From Octopus vulgaris (lineage: Eukaryota), in assembly GCA_951406725.2 (NCBI GenBank), contig OX597832.1, positions 49,662,001 to 49,726,000 on the forward strand: 64,000 bases of DNA. Reading direction: 5' to 3'. Below are positions 1 to 14,969 of this stretch, piece by piece. Both the position numbers and the translations under genes were made by a program. The notes beneath the pieces are model-generated. The model did no database searches. It was not told where the DNA came from and was given only the letters and a program-made list of their open reading frames with translations. The stretch's first letter is position 1; each line of letters opens with the position of its first letter.

Positions 1-275
1 GAGTTCAAATTTCGCCGAGGTCGACTTTGCCTTTCATCCTTTCGGAGTCGATAAATTAAGTACCAGTTACGCACTGGGGTCGCTGTAATCGACTTAATTC
101 CTTTGTCTGTCCTTGTTTGTCCCCCTCTGTATTTAGCCCCTTGTGGGTAGTAAAGAAATAGGTATTTCGTCTGCGGTTACGTTTTGAGTTCAAATTCCGC
201 CGAGGTCGACTTTGCCTTTCATCCTTTCGGGGTCGATAAATTAAGTACCAGTTACGCACTGGGGTCGATATAATC
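1..275 (+). mobile_element. SINE family A (tRNA-derived), two tandem internal units, truncated by window start
   Basis: gagttcaaattccgccgaggtcgactttgcctttcatcctttcggggtcgataaattaagtaccag present twice. Confidence 0.85.
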
Positions 276-432
276 GACCCCAGGACTTATTTTTTGTAAG
301 CCTAGTACTTATTCCATCGGTCACTTTTGCCGAACCGCTAAGTGACGGGGACGTAAACACACCAGCATCGGTTGTCAAGCGATGTTGGGGGGAACACACA
401 AACATATACATACACACACACACACACACACA

Positions 433-490
<58 letters not shown>

Positions 491-638
491 GTATATGTGT
501 GTACAACGGGCTTTTTCAGTTTCCGTCTACCAAATCCGCCCGAGGCTATAGCGGAAGACACTTGCCCAAAGTTCCACAAAGTGGGACTGAACCCGGAACC
601 ATGTGGCTGGTAAGCCAGCTACTTACCACACAGCCACC
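276..638 (-). mobile_element. SINE family B (tRNA-like head, internal TA/TG microsatellite)
   Basis: Matches the many other family B copies in the window. Confidence 0.85.
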
Positions 639-667
639 ACTTTTTCAGATAATTATATTTATATATA

Positions 668-1020
668 ATGAAACGTCTGATCTTACTGATTTTCAATGAG
701 GGAAAATTGTCGGAGCTTGGATGACTGGAATCTTAGCTACCAAAACTGCAGAACTACTCTGTGTTTCAAGAAGTGCTGTCTCTAAAATTGTGACAGCATT
801 CCAGAAACAAAGGAAAATGAGCTCTGAAAACTCAGGACTCTCTGAAAGGGATTGCAGAACACTAAAACGTATAGTTTCCAAAAATCATAGAACTACTGCA
901 ACGAAAGTGACTGCAGAGTTAAACCAACGCCTTACAAATCCTGTGTCAACCAAAACCGTTCGACATGGGCTTCATCGTGCTAGATATCATAAAGGGAGCT
1001 GCAATCGCAAAACCTTTCTT
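668..1020 (+). mobile_element. Degenerate Tc1-like transposase N-terminal (HTH) fragment
   Basis: DLTDFQ*GKIVGA...KTAELLCVSRSAVSKIV...LSERDCRTLKRIVSKNHRTTATKVTAELN...VSTKTVR; stop and frameshift. Confidence 0.85.
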
Positions 1021-1060
1021 TTCTGCCATCATTGTGGCGGGGGCAATTAACATGGTGTCA

Positions 1061-1548
<488 letters not shown>

Positions 1549-1578
1549 GATAATCAGAAGTGGGCAATGGATCAATGG

Positions 1579-1758
<180 letters not shown>

Positions 1759-1892
1759 CTACTGTTACTACAGCCATCAATAACTACGACTACTACCCCT
1801 ACCCAAATTACTAAATGCTATTACTACTACTAGCACTGCTGTTGCTGCTGCTGCTGCTGCTGCTAATCCTACTCCGACAATTATAACTGTTG

Positions 1893-2265
1893 GAAGCACT
1901 CCGTTGGTTACGACGACGAGGGTTCCGGTTGATCCGATCAACGGAACAGCCTGCTCGTGAAATTAACGTGTAAGTGGCTGAGCACTCCACAGACACGTGC
2001 ACCCTTAACGCAGTTCTCAGGGATATTCAGCGTGACACAGAGAGTGACAAGGCCGGCCCCTTGAAATACAGGTACAACAGAAACAGGAAGAAAGAGTGAG
2101 AGAAAGTTGTGGTGAAAGAGTACAGCAGGGATCACCACCATCCCCTGCCGGAACCTCGTGGAGCTTTAGGTGTTTTCGCTCAATAAACACTCACAACGCC
2201 CGGTCTGGGAATCGAAACCGCGATCCTACGACCGCGAGTCCGCTGCCCTAACCATTGCGCCTCCA
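1893..2265 (-). mobile_element. SINE family C (tRNA-derived)
   Basis: Near-identical inverse copy of 16699-17072; head with gtttcgattcc B-box. Confidence 0.88.
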
Positions 2266-2774
2266 CAATTATAACTACTACTACTTTCACTGCAGTAGGG
2301 ATAAAACGTAATAAACAAATGTTTCGGGGTTGGGGGGCAAATATAAAAAGTATGAGGCACTATAAATTTATCTCCCACCCAGGGGTAGTTTGAAAATGAA
2401 TTAATCCAATCTCCCGATCATTTAACATAATATCGAATTACCGGGCGGTACGGTGAAGCGGGGGATAATCACTAGCCGAGTTTTGCTAAATCCATTCCGT
2501 AGTCCTCCCCGATGAGAGGGTAACGTGATCTTGTGGTTCGCTGCTTCCCTCTGCAGCAGTCCATGGAGTTTCGTGGTTTCGTCTTCGTTTTTAGCTGCAG
2601 CGCTCTTGGAGGTTCAGACCGCACCAAAAAAAAATTAGAACGATAATTCTCCATTATCTGAATAGGCTATACACAGAGAGACAGACAGACAGAGAGGCAG
2701 AGAAAGAGAGAGAGGAAGATAAAGTGAGTGAGTGAGTGAGTGAGTTATGAAGTTGAGTGAGTTATGAGGACAAC

Positions 2775-3070
2775 GTCGAAGTCGACGACGACGCCGATGA
2801 TGATACGGCGACGACGACGACAATAGTAATGATGATGATGATGATGATGATGACGACGACGAAGACGGCAACGATGACGACGTTGACGATAATGATGGTG
2901 ATGATGTTGATGATGACGACAACGACGATGACGATGACAACGACGGCGGCGATGACACGACGACGACGGCGACGACGATGATGATGATCATGATGATGAT
3001 GATGGTGATGAGGATGATAACAGCGACAGTCATGATGATGATGATGAGGAGGAGGAGGAGGAGGAGGAGT
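2775..3070 (+). repeat. Compound (GAT/GAC/GAG)n trinucleotide repeat
   Basis: Direct inspection. Confidence 0.95.
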
Positions 3071-4055
3071 ATGTGATGTCGATGAAATCGAAGAAACACT
3101 CTTAAAAGAAAAATGGACAACGTAAAAATTTTACTCACATAGATTGTTCCGGGTTCAGAACCCGGCACCTTGGGCAAGTGTCTTCTACTATAACCTAGGG
3201 CCGACCAAAGCCATGTGAATGGATTTAGTAAACGGAAACTGAAAGAAGCCCGTCGTATATATATATGTGTATGTGTACGTGTGTGCGTGTGTGCTTGTCC
3301 CACCACCACCATCGCTTGATGTCGGTGTGCTTACGTCCTCGTAACGTAGCGGTTCGGTAAAAGAGACCGATAGAATAAGTACTTAGCTTACAAAGAATAA
3401 GTCCTGGGGTCGATTTGTTCGACTGATGGCGTTGCTCTAGCATGGGCGCTGTAAGTAAAAAGAGTAAAAAAAAGAGGTAACAGGACATGTTATTTAGTCC
3501 CAAGCTAAAGAAGATCCCTGAATAGATGAAAAACTTTCCAGCCGTGACCATACCGCCTATTTCGTATATGCAGAGCTCCAGAAACCACCCAACGTGCCTT
3601 TTTCTTTTCTTTTTTTTCTTTTTTTAGACGGTATGGTGTGATTTAAGAGATATTTCGCTGCTGTTTTTAGCAGGTCGATTATACATGTAGGTGCTACAAC
3701 TTTTTTTCAGGCCCACTGAGCTCGCAGAAGATACAATTTATAGCAGGTCGTGAGAAGGCTGCTATTTTAAGTAAATCGGTTAACCACTTAGAGGCTGTTG
3801 TTTTTAGCAGGCCAGCTGACCACGTAGAGGCTGCTGTATTTAAAGCAGGTCGGCTGACCACATAGATAGCGCAACATCTCACGTTGGCTTACAAAGAATT
3901 CTCTATTTAAACGCTTATAAATAGAATAATGATGTTTGTTCTAAATTGATCGGCAGGTTTTGCTCACTTCGTCTCTTTTATAAAACTGCTTATTTCCTTT
4001 CTGTAGTAATGAAATAAATACATACATACATACATACATATATATATATATACAC

Positions 4056-4134
<79 letters not shown>

Positions 4135-4157
4135 TATATACATATATATAATATATC

Positions 4158-4218
<61 letters not shown>

Positions 4219-4657
4219 AAATATATGTATAAATATATGTATATATATGTATATATATATATACATATATACACACATACACACACATATATATATGTAT
4301 GTATATACATATATATATATTGTCTGTCTGTACGTAATGTCACTCACTCCCTTCCCAAATACACACACGTACACACACGCACATGCACCCACGCACATGC
4401 ACACACACGCACACACACACGCGCGCGCACACGCACGCACGCACGTAGAGACGTAGGCACAAGATAGCGACAGTAGCGACACCAGATGCATCAAAGCATC
4501 AAACAAGACTGGAAAAAAAATTAATGAATTCGTTGCTTCTTTTCTAAAATCTCCTTTCGCTTCCTCCTCCACCTTCTCCTCCTCCTCCTCCTCCTCCTCC
4601 TCCTCCTCCTCCTCCTCATGCTTCTTTCTCCCGACCTTATTACTATTATTATTATTA

Positions 4658-4731
<74 letters not shown>

Positions 4732-4734
4732 GTT

Positions 4735-4956
4735 ATTGAGAGAGCAAGTGCATGCCATCAAAGTACGAAACCCAGTATACCTACCCATCATGACTACCCG
4801 TCTGATAAGGGGTACACCGTGCACATGCATCACACACCCAAATGTGCGCGACATGGTGATCTCATATCAAGATAAGCAGCGCATGACCTCGCAGGTGGGT
4901 CCCAGTTAGAATTTTCTTCTGGTCGAGTAGCCCATCCGGCGCAAAAAGATCCCTGA

Positions 4957-4958
<2 letters not shown>
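4735..4958 (+). mobile_element. Non-coding repeat family G inserted in (TAT)n
   Basis: Inverse homology to 42080-42304; flanked both sides by (TAT)n. Confidence 0.75.
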
Positions 4959-5017
<59 letters not shown>

Positions 5018-5079
5018 GTTATTACTTTTGACTGACTGATGTGAAAGAATTCCGTCCGATACAAAATATAATTGAATAT

Positions 5080-5460
5080 ACTTTTCTACTCTAGGCACAA
5101 GGCTCGAAATTTTGGGGGAGGAGACCAGTCGATTATATCGACCCCAGTGCGTAACTGGTACTTATTTAATCGACCCCGAAAGGATAAAAGGCAAAGTCGA
5201 CCTCGGCGGAATTTGAACTCAGAACGTAAAGACAGACGAAATACCTATTTCTTTAATACCCACAAGGGGCAAAACACAGAGAGGACAAACAAGGACAGAC
5301 AAACGGATTAAGTCGATTATATCGACCCTAGTGCGTAACTGGTATTTATCTAATCAACCCCGAAAGGATGAAAGGCAAAGTCGACCTCGGCGGAATTTTA
5401 ACTCAGAACGTAACGGCAGACGAAATACCGCTACGCATTTCGCCCAGCGTGCTAATGTTT
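5080..5460 (-). mobile_element. SINE family A, two tandem units
   Basis: Reverse complement of the family A consensus. Confidence 0.85.
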
Positions 5461-5742
5461 CTACCTTTGTTGTGTATTTTTACTAATAAAAGTTCTCGCC
5501 TTCGTTCTTTGTATCTGGTTTGCAAGATTCTTTATGCGAATTCGTTGGGTCTTGGAGAGTGTAGGATGAGTCACAACACCAATATTGTTAACACACGCGC
5601 TGGTTCAGTTCCACTCCTTTATTATTAGTCAATTAGTTAAATATCCAACAGGTGAATCGATTGTTTGTTTAATTTGGTTAAACATCTGATCAAAGCTCTT
5701 TCGTTGCTACTTGAAACCCTTTCAACGACTTTGCAAGTAGCA

Positions 5743-5793
<51 letters not shown>

Positions 5794-6810
5794 GTGTCTG
5801 TGTTTGTCCCCCTACCACCGCCACCATCGCTTGATGTCGGTGTGCTTACGTCCTCGTAACTTAGCTGTTCGGTAAAAGAGACCGATAGAATAAGTACTTG
5901 GCTTACAAAGAATAAAGTCCTGGGGTCGATTTGTTCGACTAATGGGCGCTGTGAAATGACTCAAACAAGTAAAAAGAGTAAAAGGAGTAAAAAAAAACAG
6001 AGGTAAAAAGGACATGTTATTTAGTCCCAAGCTAAAGGAGATCCCTGAACAGATGAAAAACTTTCCAGCCGTGACCATACCGCCTATTTCGTATATGCAG
6101 TGCTCAAAGGGCTTTGACAAACAAAACCAAACAAATGACTTACTGTTTAACCAAGTTAAACTAACAATCGATTAGTTAGCAGGATATTTAACCAATTGAC
6201 TAACAAGAAAGAAGTGGAATTGAACCAGCGCGTGTGTTAATAATATTGGCATAATGACCCTCCCAGGACACAACAAAGCTGTAACTTTGCACGTTTCAAG
6301 TTACAACAGATTTTATGCCTCGTGGTATGTGCCGAATAAATGTACTCTATCTTTTGTCATAGGAATTTTTCATTACCTCTGTTTCATGGCTTCTTCATTT
6401 AGCATCGTTCACTCACTTTCGTTAGGGATTAGAATTAATGCTTCAACGACAGTGTGGGCTTTCATTGCCTTGACAATTATAAGAGATAAGAGCCCTCTTA
6501 GAAACAGTTTCAATTTTAATTATTCTTGTCATCTCATTTGTTACTTTCGAGCGGTCGATTAAAGTATTCAATATTCTTGCTATTCAATATTCCTGCCCCT
6601 CCTCGTCACAGAAATTAACGATTAAGTAACTAATGATAAGGCGCAGGAGAGGCTGTGTGGTAAGTAGCCTGCTTACCAACCACATGGTTCCGGGTTCAGT
6701 CCCACTGCGTGACACTTTTGGCAAGTGTCTTCTACTATAGCCTCGGGCCGACCAAAGCCATGTGAGTGGATTTGCGATGATGAAAGAAGCCTGTCGTATA
6801 TATGTATATG

Positions 6811-6862
<52 letters not shown>

Positions 6863-6940
6863 TGTGTGCGTACGCATGTATGAATGTACGTATGTATGTA
6901 TTCATTTACGCATATAAGTACGCATGTATGTATACATACA

Positions 6941-7620
6941 TTATTATAGCTGCCCCCTCGTTATTGAGTATGGCCATTGCACGAAGCTTAACCGTTACTG
7001 GTGCTGTGATCGAATGTGACTTTTTAGCCCAGCTAAATATCTACAATGTCTTGTACAAAATTGGCAAGTAAAACCTTTACTGGTAATAGCCGGTTGTAGT
7101 TGTAACTGGGCTTCATGTACCCTTGCATGTCGTTTAAGTCCTCCTGCCGAATTACACTCTCTTCCACATGCCCGACAGATATGATTAGTATGGTGTGTTA
7201 CACCACCACCAGTGGCCAGGTTGTCACTCATCTGTCTCGTTTTGTGACTACGAAGATGACTCATGAGTCCAGCTTTACTGAGGCAGGGTCTTGTACAGAC
7301 ATTGCATGTCAGAATCAAAGGAAAACTCTTCCCTTCTGGAAGTGTAACAGCGATGCCCTTCCTGACATCCCTCCTTACTTTCTCATGTGCAACTCAAGAT
7401 TTCTCTAACGTGGCTGTCCCCTCATGCACAATCCTTCTCCACCTGCTACGATCAATAGCTATGCCTTCCCACGTGTCAGGAGAGATGCAAGCATCTCTTA
7501 AGGAAGCCTTCAGCAAGTCCTTATACCTCTTTTTTGGTTTATGTGGAGGTCGTTCTCCTTTAGCTAACTCTCCATAAAAGAGTTGTTTTGGCATCCTTGA
7601 ATCCTTCATTCTGACCAGAT
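6941..7620 (-). mobile_element. RTE-clade LINE 3' fragment with C-terminal C2H2 zinc fingers
   Basis: HLVRMKDSRMPKQLFYGEL..G.R...PKKRYKD.LK..L....I...WE..A.DRS.WR (RTE C-terminus), then three CxxC-x12-H-x3/4-H motifs; internal stop; (TAA) tail. Confidence 0.9.
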
Positions 7621-8265
7621 GTATACATACATACATACATACATACATACATACATACATACATACATACATACATACATACCTACATACATACATACAC
7701 ATACATACTTCCACACAGTTCATGTCAATCAAATCCACTCACAAGCCATTGGTCGATCCACAGTCGAAGCAGAAGACACTTGCCCAAGGGTGCCGCACAG
7801 TAAAAGCAAATACAAAACCACGTGATTACAGCCTTGCCTAAACCTATTTAAATATTCCGTTATATTTCTAATAACTTATCTGTATCTGATGTACAACCAT
7901 TTAACTGCTTCACAGAATTTGTTCTTGCACAAGAGACAAATTTCATCATAAATAAACAACAAACTGCACCGTATATTTCTAGTTTCGTTTTGTTATTTTC
8001 CACTAATAGCATTTTCTGTTTCTTTGCTTTCATTTTTCTAACCATTTTCTTCTTATTGTATATTTTCTCTATTCTTGGCTGTCAATAGCTTGCAGTCTGC
8101 AAGCGTATTTAAGTCTTTCAAGATATCATTTGCTTCGTGGCTTGCTCTTCTCGTGTGTACGCGTGCGTGTGTGTGTGTGTGTGTGTTGGTGTGTTGGTGT
8201 ATTTGAGAATGTATGTGTATGTGTTTATGGGTATGTGTGTGTGTGTGTGCATATGTGTGTATGTA

Positions 8266-8308
<43 letters not shown>

Positions 8309-8370
8309 TACACATGCATAATAACTACATATATGAATATATAATCTATATATATGTATATAAACATAGG

Positions 8371-8430
<60 letters not shown>

Positions 8431-8449
8431 TCTATGACGATATATATGC

Positions 8450-8498
<49 letters not shown>

Positions 8499-9119
8499 CA
8501 TATACGTATGTATATGTATATATATATATATATGTATACGTATGTATACATGCATATATACGTAAGTATATATATATTTATGCTTATGTATGAATGTAGG
8601 TATGAATGTAGGTACGTATGTATGCTTATACACACATATGCATATATAAACATGCATGTACAAACACAGAAAAGTATTATTTATTGTCTAAGACAAGATT
8701 TTCTTTTCCTTTTTCTTTCTTCCTTTTTATTTTTTGTTTTTTTTTTTTTCTTTTCTTCAGCTCAATATCTGCCTGTTCTATTATAATATCTATTGTGACA
8801 GTTTTCTGTCTACAAATATTGGCATTATCACTGATGACTTCTCTTTCTTGAAACGAAATAACCAAATAAATTAGTTATTTCGCCACCAACGAATAGATTA
8901 AAAAAGTTAATATGGTTGCCAGACCTTTGCTGTATTTCCTAGTCGAAACTTCATGTTTATTGCTGTTGTTTAACCACCCTACCTAACAACCAGGTCAGAT
9001 GTATTTGAGTAGGCCTGTGATTTAAAGCGCCCCAGCTTTGACCGGCCCACGTTTTTTCATGCATAGTCTGCTCTAGGATACATTATCCAGTCTGACTATT
9101 TCATTTTAACTCAGTAAGG

Positions 9120-9346
9120 TCTCTCTCTCTCTTTTACTCTCTCTCTCTTTTACTTGTTGCAGTCATTTGACTGCGGCCATGCTGGAGTACCGCCTTTTAG
9201 TCGAGCAAATCGACCCCGGGACTTATTCTTTGTAAGCCCAGTACTTATTCTATCGGTCTCTTTTGCCGAACCGCTAAGTTACGGGGACGTAAACACACCA
9301 GCATCGGTTGTCAAGCAATGCTAGGGGGACAAACACAGACACACAA

Positions 9347-9437
<91 letters not shown>

Positions 9438-9603
9438 TACGACGGGCTTCTTTCAGTTTCCGTCTACCAAATCCACTCACAAGGCATTGGTCGGCCCGGG
9501 GCTATAGTAGAAGACACTTGCCCAAGATGTCACGCAGTGGGACTGAACCCGGAACCATGTGGTTGGCAAGCAAGCTACTTACCACACAGCCACTCCTGCG
9601 CCT
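9120..9603 (-). mobile_element. SINE family B, full length
   Basis: Reverse complement of the 1061-1548 type. Confidence 0.9.
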
Positions 9604-10221
9604 ATACGGTCTGTGTCCTTATTTTACTTGTTTCAGTCGTTGGACTGAAACTGCCATGCTGGAGCACCAACATGGAGAGATTATTCGAACAAATAGACAG
9701 CAGTACTTTTTCTTTTCTATGTCTGGTGCTTATTGTGCTTATTCTATCGATGTCTCGAGCTGAACCGCAGCAAAAGTAACGGGAACATGAACAAGCCAAC
9801 ACCGGTTATGAAGCGGTAGTAGGGATTCGAACACAAAGTCGCACATTCATAAGATGTGCTTCCACACGGCCAACGTCTACGAAATTCATTCATTAGGTAT
9901 TGTTCTATCAAAGAAATAGCAGAAGATACTCGCCCAGTGTGCCGCTGCAGGATTGAACCTGAAACCAGGTGGTTGCAAAGAGAATTATATAACCACACAA
10001 CTATACCTGCATATATATATATTCTTTTATTTGTTACAGTCATTTAACTGCAGCCATGCTGGAGCATTGACTTTAGTCGAGCAAGTCGACCCCATGACTT
10101 ATTCTAGTATTTATTCTATCACTCTCTTTTGTCGAACCGCTAATTACGTGGACGTAAACACACCAGCATCGGTTGTCAAGCGAAATTAGGGGCACAAACA
10201 CAGACACACAAGCATATACAT

Positions 10222-10290
<69 letters not shown>

Positions 10291-10507
10291 GAAAAAAACA
10301 CCTTTTATCAAATCAAAATGAACAATTAAATTACACCATCTAGAAAATTACATATAATAGAAAAATTGAAATTAAAATAACAATAAAATGTCAAAGATTA
10401 ATTGTTCATTTTGAATTGATAAAAGGTGGTCTTTTCTAATTTTATATATATATTATATTGTGTGAAATTTAATTTAGTATTTTTAAATTGAATTTTTCCC
10501 TGTATAT

Positions 10508-10715
10508 AGTTAATCCAAACATGAAAACACAAAGAGAAAACACAACAACGCGAGGACGTGGAACAAATATAGTATTATTGGACGCTCAAGAAGGAAGGGA
10601 AGAAGGAGGGTTTAACGTTTCGAGCGGAGCTCTTCGTCGGAAACATAGGAGAAGGAAAGATCCAGAGAAGGGAAGACAGAGGGAAAAAAATCGCCAACGG
10701 TACACACGAGGTCAT
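10508..10715 (-). mobile_element. Hammerhead-bearing ~210 bp repeat family F (Penelope pLTR-like); other copies 56646-56850 and 58357-58547
   Basis: Three highly similar copies abutting (TA)n; each carries the minimal hammerhead. Confidence 0.75.
10610..10646 (-). ncRNA. Minimal type I hammerhead motif (Penelope-associated type)
   Basis: GTTT-CCGACGA-A-GAGC-TCC-GCTC-GAAA-CG-TT-AAAC; palindromic helix III region. Confidence 0.7.
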
Positions 10716-10960
10716 ATATATATGTGTGTGTGTACGACGGGCTTCTTTCAGTTTCCGTCCACCAAATCCACTCACAAGGCTTTGGTCGGCCCAAGGCTAT
10801 AGACGAAGTCACTTACCCAAGGTGCCACGTAATGGAACTGAACCCGGAACCAAGTGGTTGGTAATCAACCTACTTACCACACAGCCACATATAATATAAT
10901 ATATACATATATAAGAGAGCAAAAGTGTACGTACGCCGCTATATATATATATAAAAAAAA

Positions 10961-11086
10961 TACAATTTGGACAAGAACGCAAAACATCCAAATAGACGAT
11001 ACAAAAAAATTATAAAGGTTTCGAATGACCCGTCCGTGTTTTTTGTATCGTCTATTTGGATGTTTTGCGTTCTTGTCCCAATTGTA
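10961..11086. repeat. Inverted repeat (48 bp arms, 30 bp spacer) of the family E terminus
   Basis: tacaatttggacaagaacgcaaaacatccaaatagacgatacaaaaaa and its reverse complement with 1 mismatch. Confidence 0.92.
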
Positions 11087-11089
11087 TTC

Positions 11090-11170
<81 letters not shown>

Positions 11171-11654
11171 CATATTGTTTACTGTAACAGGCAGGTGTAG
11201 TGTTATTAGCGTTGATGGTAGAGGATGTTAAGTTTCCCCAGCAGCCATGTTTGTTTGCAACCCGTCTTGTAATTCTTCTAATATCTTATTCCACTTTTCA
11301 CTTAATTACCATTTTGGTAAAAGTTGAATGAGCGTCAAAGTTTCACTTCTAACTTTTTGAGTTTTTGGGGGGTTTTTTTCCATTTTGCAATACGTAAATA
11401 TTTATCCTTCAAAACATACGTTTATCAATATCTGCATATCAGACTTGCTTGCTATCCGTTGCAAGTAAAGCAACAATCTGCTTTGACGTGAATGTTCTTT
11501 GCTTGTATCGTTGCTTGCAGTAACGTAACTTTCTCCGGATTAGGAGTATTAAGTTCTGAAAGACGGAACCGTAACAACCGCTCTGTTTGTATCAGAGAAG
11601 GCAGCCAAGGAGTACTTAATTTCCTCTGTAGCATTTGTAATTATATTCCTGAAA

Positions 11655-12385
<731 letters not shown>

Positions 12386-12628
12386 GTAGAGGACACGATG
12401 GCAATGACGGCGATTAAAAACAACCATGGCCCACCGCTGTGATGTTTTCTAACAAATATAATTTGATAATTTCGTTAGTTTTTGTATCGATTTTTCTCTC
12501 TTCTTATTTTGATTTTTACCCAGAGTTTCTCCTAAATTAATTTTCTTCTTCAAAAAGTTTTCCCAAAAAATACTTTTAAAGGAAACTTCAAAGGAAACTT
12601 TATTTTTGTAATTTCGTTCTCCTGCACA

Positions 12629-12661
<33 letters not shown>

Positions 12662-12689
12662 TCTCTCTCTCTCTCTTTCTCACTCTCTG

Positions 12690-12743
<54 letters not shown>

Positions 12744-13535
12744 ACCCTTTCTCTCTCTCTTTTCTCTCGCTTTTCTTCTGTGTTTTTCTGGAGTCTTTTA
12801 TTTTTCTCCTTTTGTGTGTGTCAACGAGGTGCAAGAGTGTAAATCGAAGTGAATAAATAATAATGACTAAACTGATATTGAACAAAATAGAAGCAAACAC
12901 ATAAGACAAGCTTACACACACACACACACACACACAATCACTCATATATAATTGTATATATACATACGAAAGCACACACACAAACGTACAATCACAAATG
13001 CATAATCGTATATACAAATACTAAAGCACACATGCACACACGCCGATGCGAACACATACATATACACACACAAAGGTACATATACAAAAGTACAAACACA
13101 CAGATATATGTGTGTGTGTGTATGTGTGTATGTGTGTATGCATATATATACACACATATACATACACACACACATACATACACACACATACACACATACA
13201 TACATATATTCACACAAACGCATACTTGCAGACGATGATTGATGTTTTAGCAGAAGATGGCGTCGGAAAGCAGACGACACAAAAATAATAAAGAAAACTA
13301 ACAAAATGATTGTCTAGGCACAGGGCCAATCTTTGTCGTAGAAAAGGTCTGATCGATTGTATTGACCTAAGTGTGTTGCTGGTAAATGTTTTAACCCGTT
13401 ATTGTTGTTGTGTCTGAGGGAAGTTGATTTGATAAAACCTACCATTTTCTCACCTAATTGAAACTGAACATAGAACTAGCACGCGGGGAAATACCTCACG
13501 TAATTTATTCGGCCTCTCCACGCTCTGAGATCAGA

Positions 13536-13852
13536 TCCCACCGAAGATATCTTAGCATTGTGTTTTTTTCCAGCTTGGTAGAAAAAAAGCACTAATCTGA
13601 GGCGGCGGATTAACGGAACTGTAAGAAAGTGGGAAGATCGAATGCCTTACGGTATTTGCTCCGGCTCTTTGCGTTCTAAGTTCAAATCCTACCGGGGTCC
13701 CACCGAAGATAACTTAGCATTTTATTTTTTTCCAGCGTGATAGAAAAAAAGCACTAATCTGAGGCGGTGGATTAACGGAACTGTAAGAAAGTGGGAAGAT
13801 CGAATGCCTTACGGTATTTGCTCCGGCTCTTTGCGTTCTAAGTTCAAATCCT
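13536..13852 (+). repeat. Tandem duplication of a ~160 bp old SINE-A-related unit
   Basis: tcccaccgaagata...gcgttctaagttcaaatcct repeated at ~13537 and ~13698. Confidence 0.85.
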
Positions 13853-14648
13853 CCTGGGGTCAACTTTGCATTTTAATCTTTTGTGCTCAATATATAAAAA
13901 AAAAAGTACTCGCCAGGGTGATGGATTTGCGAGACTGTATGAACGTCGGATTGGATATTGCGTTGAGTTCAATTCGTGCTATCGCAGGCTTAGTGGTGGA
14001 TTTAATCCATCACCCTGTTTAACACTTCAATCCTTGATTACATTTACCGTGCCTCAAACTGTTGCAAGCATTAAGGCCAGTTCGCCAGCTTAAGAACATC
14101 TTCCTTCCTCCTTGCGTTCCTTTCTTCCTTCCTTCTCTCCACCAGACTTAGAAGTCCTATAAAGGGCCATAAGCACCTTCTCTCTTCTTGTGATTAAGTC
14201 AATAAACAAAGGTCACACACACATATATACATGGGCGCCAGAGATTCGGCAGAGAGATCGGTGACTTCATCGGTTTGTACCTCCTAGAAAAAGAAACCGT
14301 AGCCTACTGAAATATTGATGGGCGAATGTGAATTCAAAATGAACGAACTGCAAGGTATTGCTTTTGAAATGCGATAGACTGACAGAATCAATAGATTTCC
14401 AACAAAATAACTTGTTCGAATTCTTTATGTTATAAGTTTAAGTCCTGCTAAGATCAACTTCGGCTTTCATTCTTCTGGATTCAACAAAATAAATTCCTTG
14501 GTTCAGAGCAAAGAATTGGCTGGATTGTAAGAGCTTTGAGTAAAATGGTTTACAATGATTGTTCCGGGATGCATAGGTTCTGAGTTCCCTTACAAAGGCA
14601 CTGACGCCAAGCTGTAGTGACCGTTATCTAAACACACACACACACGCG

Positions 14649-14715
<67 letters not shown>

Positions 14716-14894
14716 CCTAACTGCAGATCTCGGTTGCATTCCAACATAGGTTGCATATCCGATTTGGACATGTAACCAATGTAGGTGTCTTTTCAAAACA
14801 TTGTCTGGTTTAAAAAGTCACATTAGACGCCATGATGAATCTAAGGTGTAGGTACAAGAGGTGATCAGACTCTGCATAAGGAGTAGGCAATCAC

Positions 14895-14969
<75 letters not shown>

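Larger units (their letters stand above)
10025..10888 (-). mobile_element. SINE family B split by nested insertions in its internal microsatellite
   Basis: 3' half 10025-10215, 5' half 10733-10888, other repeats between. Confidence 0.75.

Noticed and set aside
6995-7318. Host C2H2 zinc-finger gene
   Set aside because: It is contiguous with an RTE LINE C-terminus, follows an in-frame stop and ends in an element tail.
9308-9779. Recurrent ORFs such as [29 protein letters not shown]
   Set aside because: These are antisense or sense readings of SINE B, repeated at every copy.
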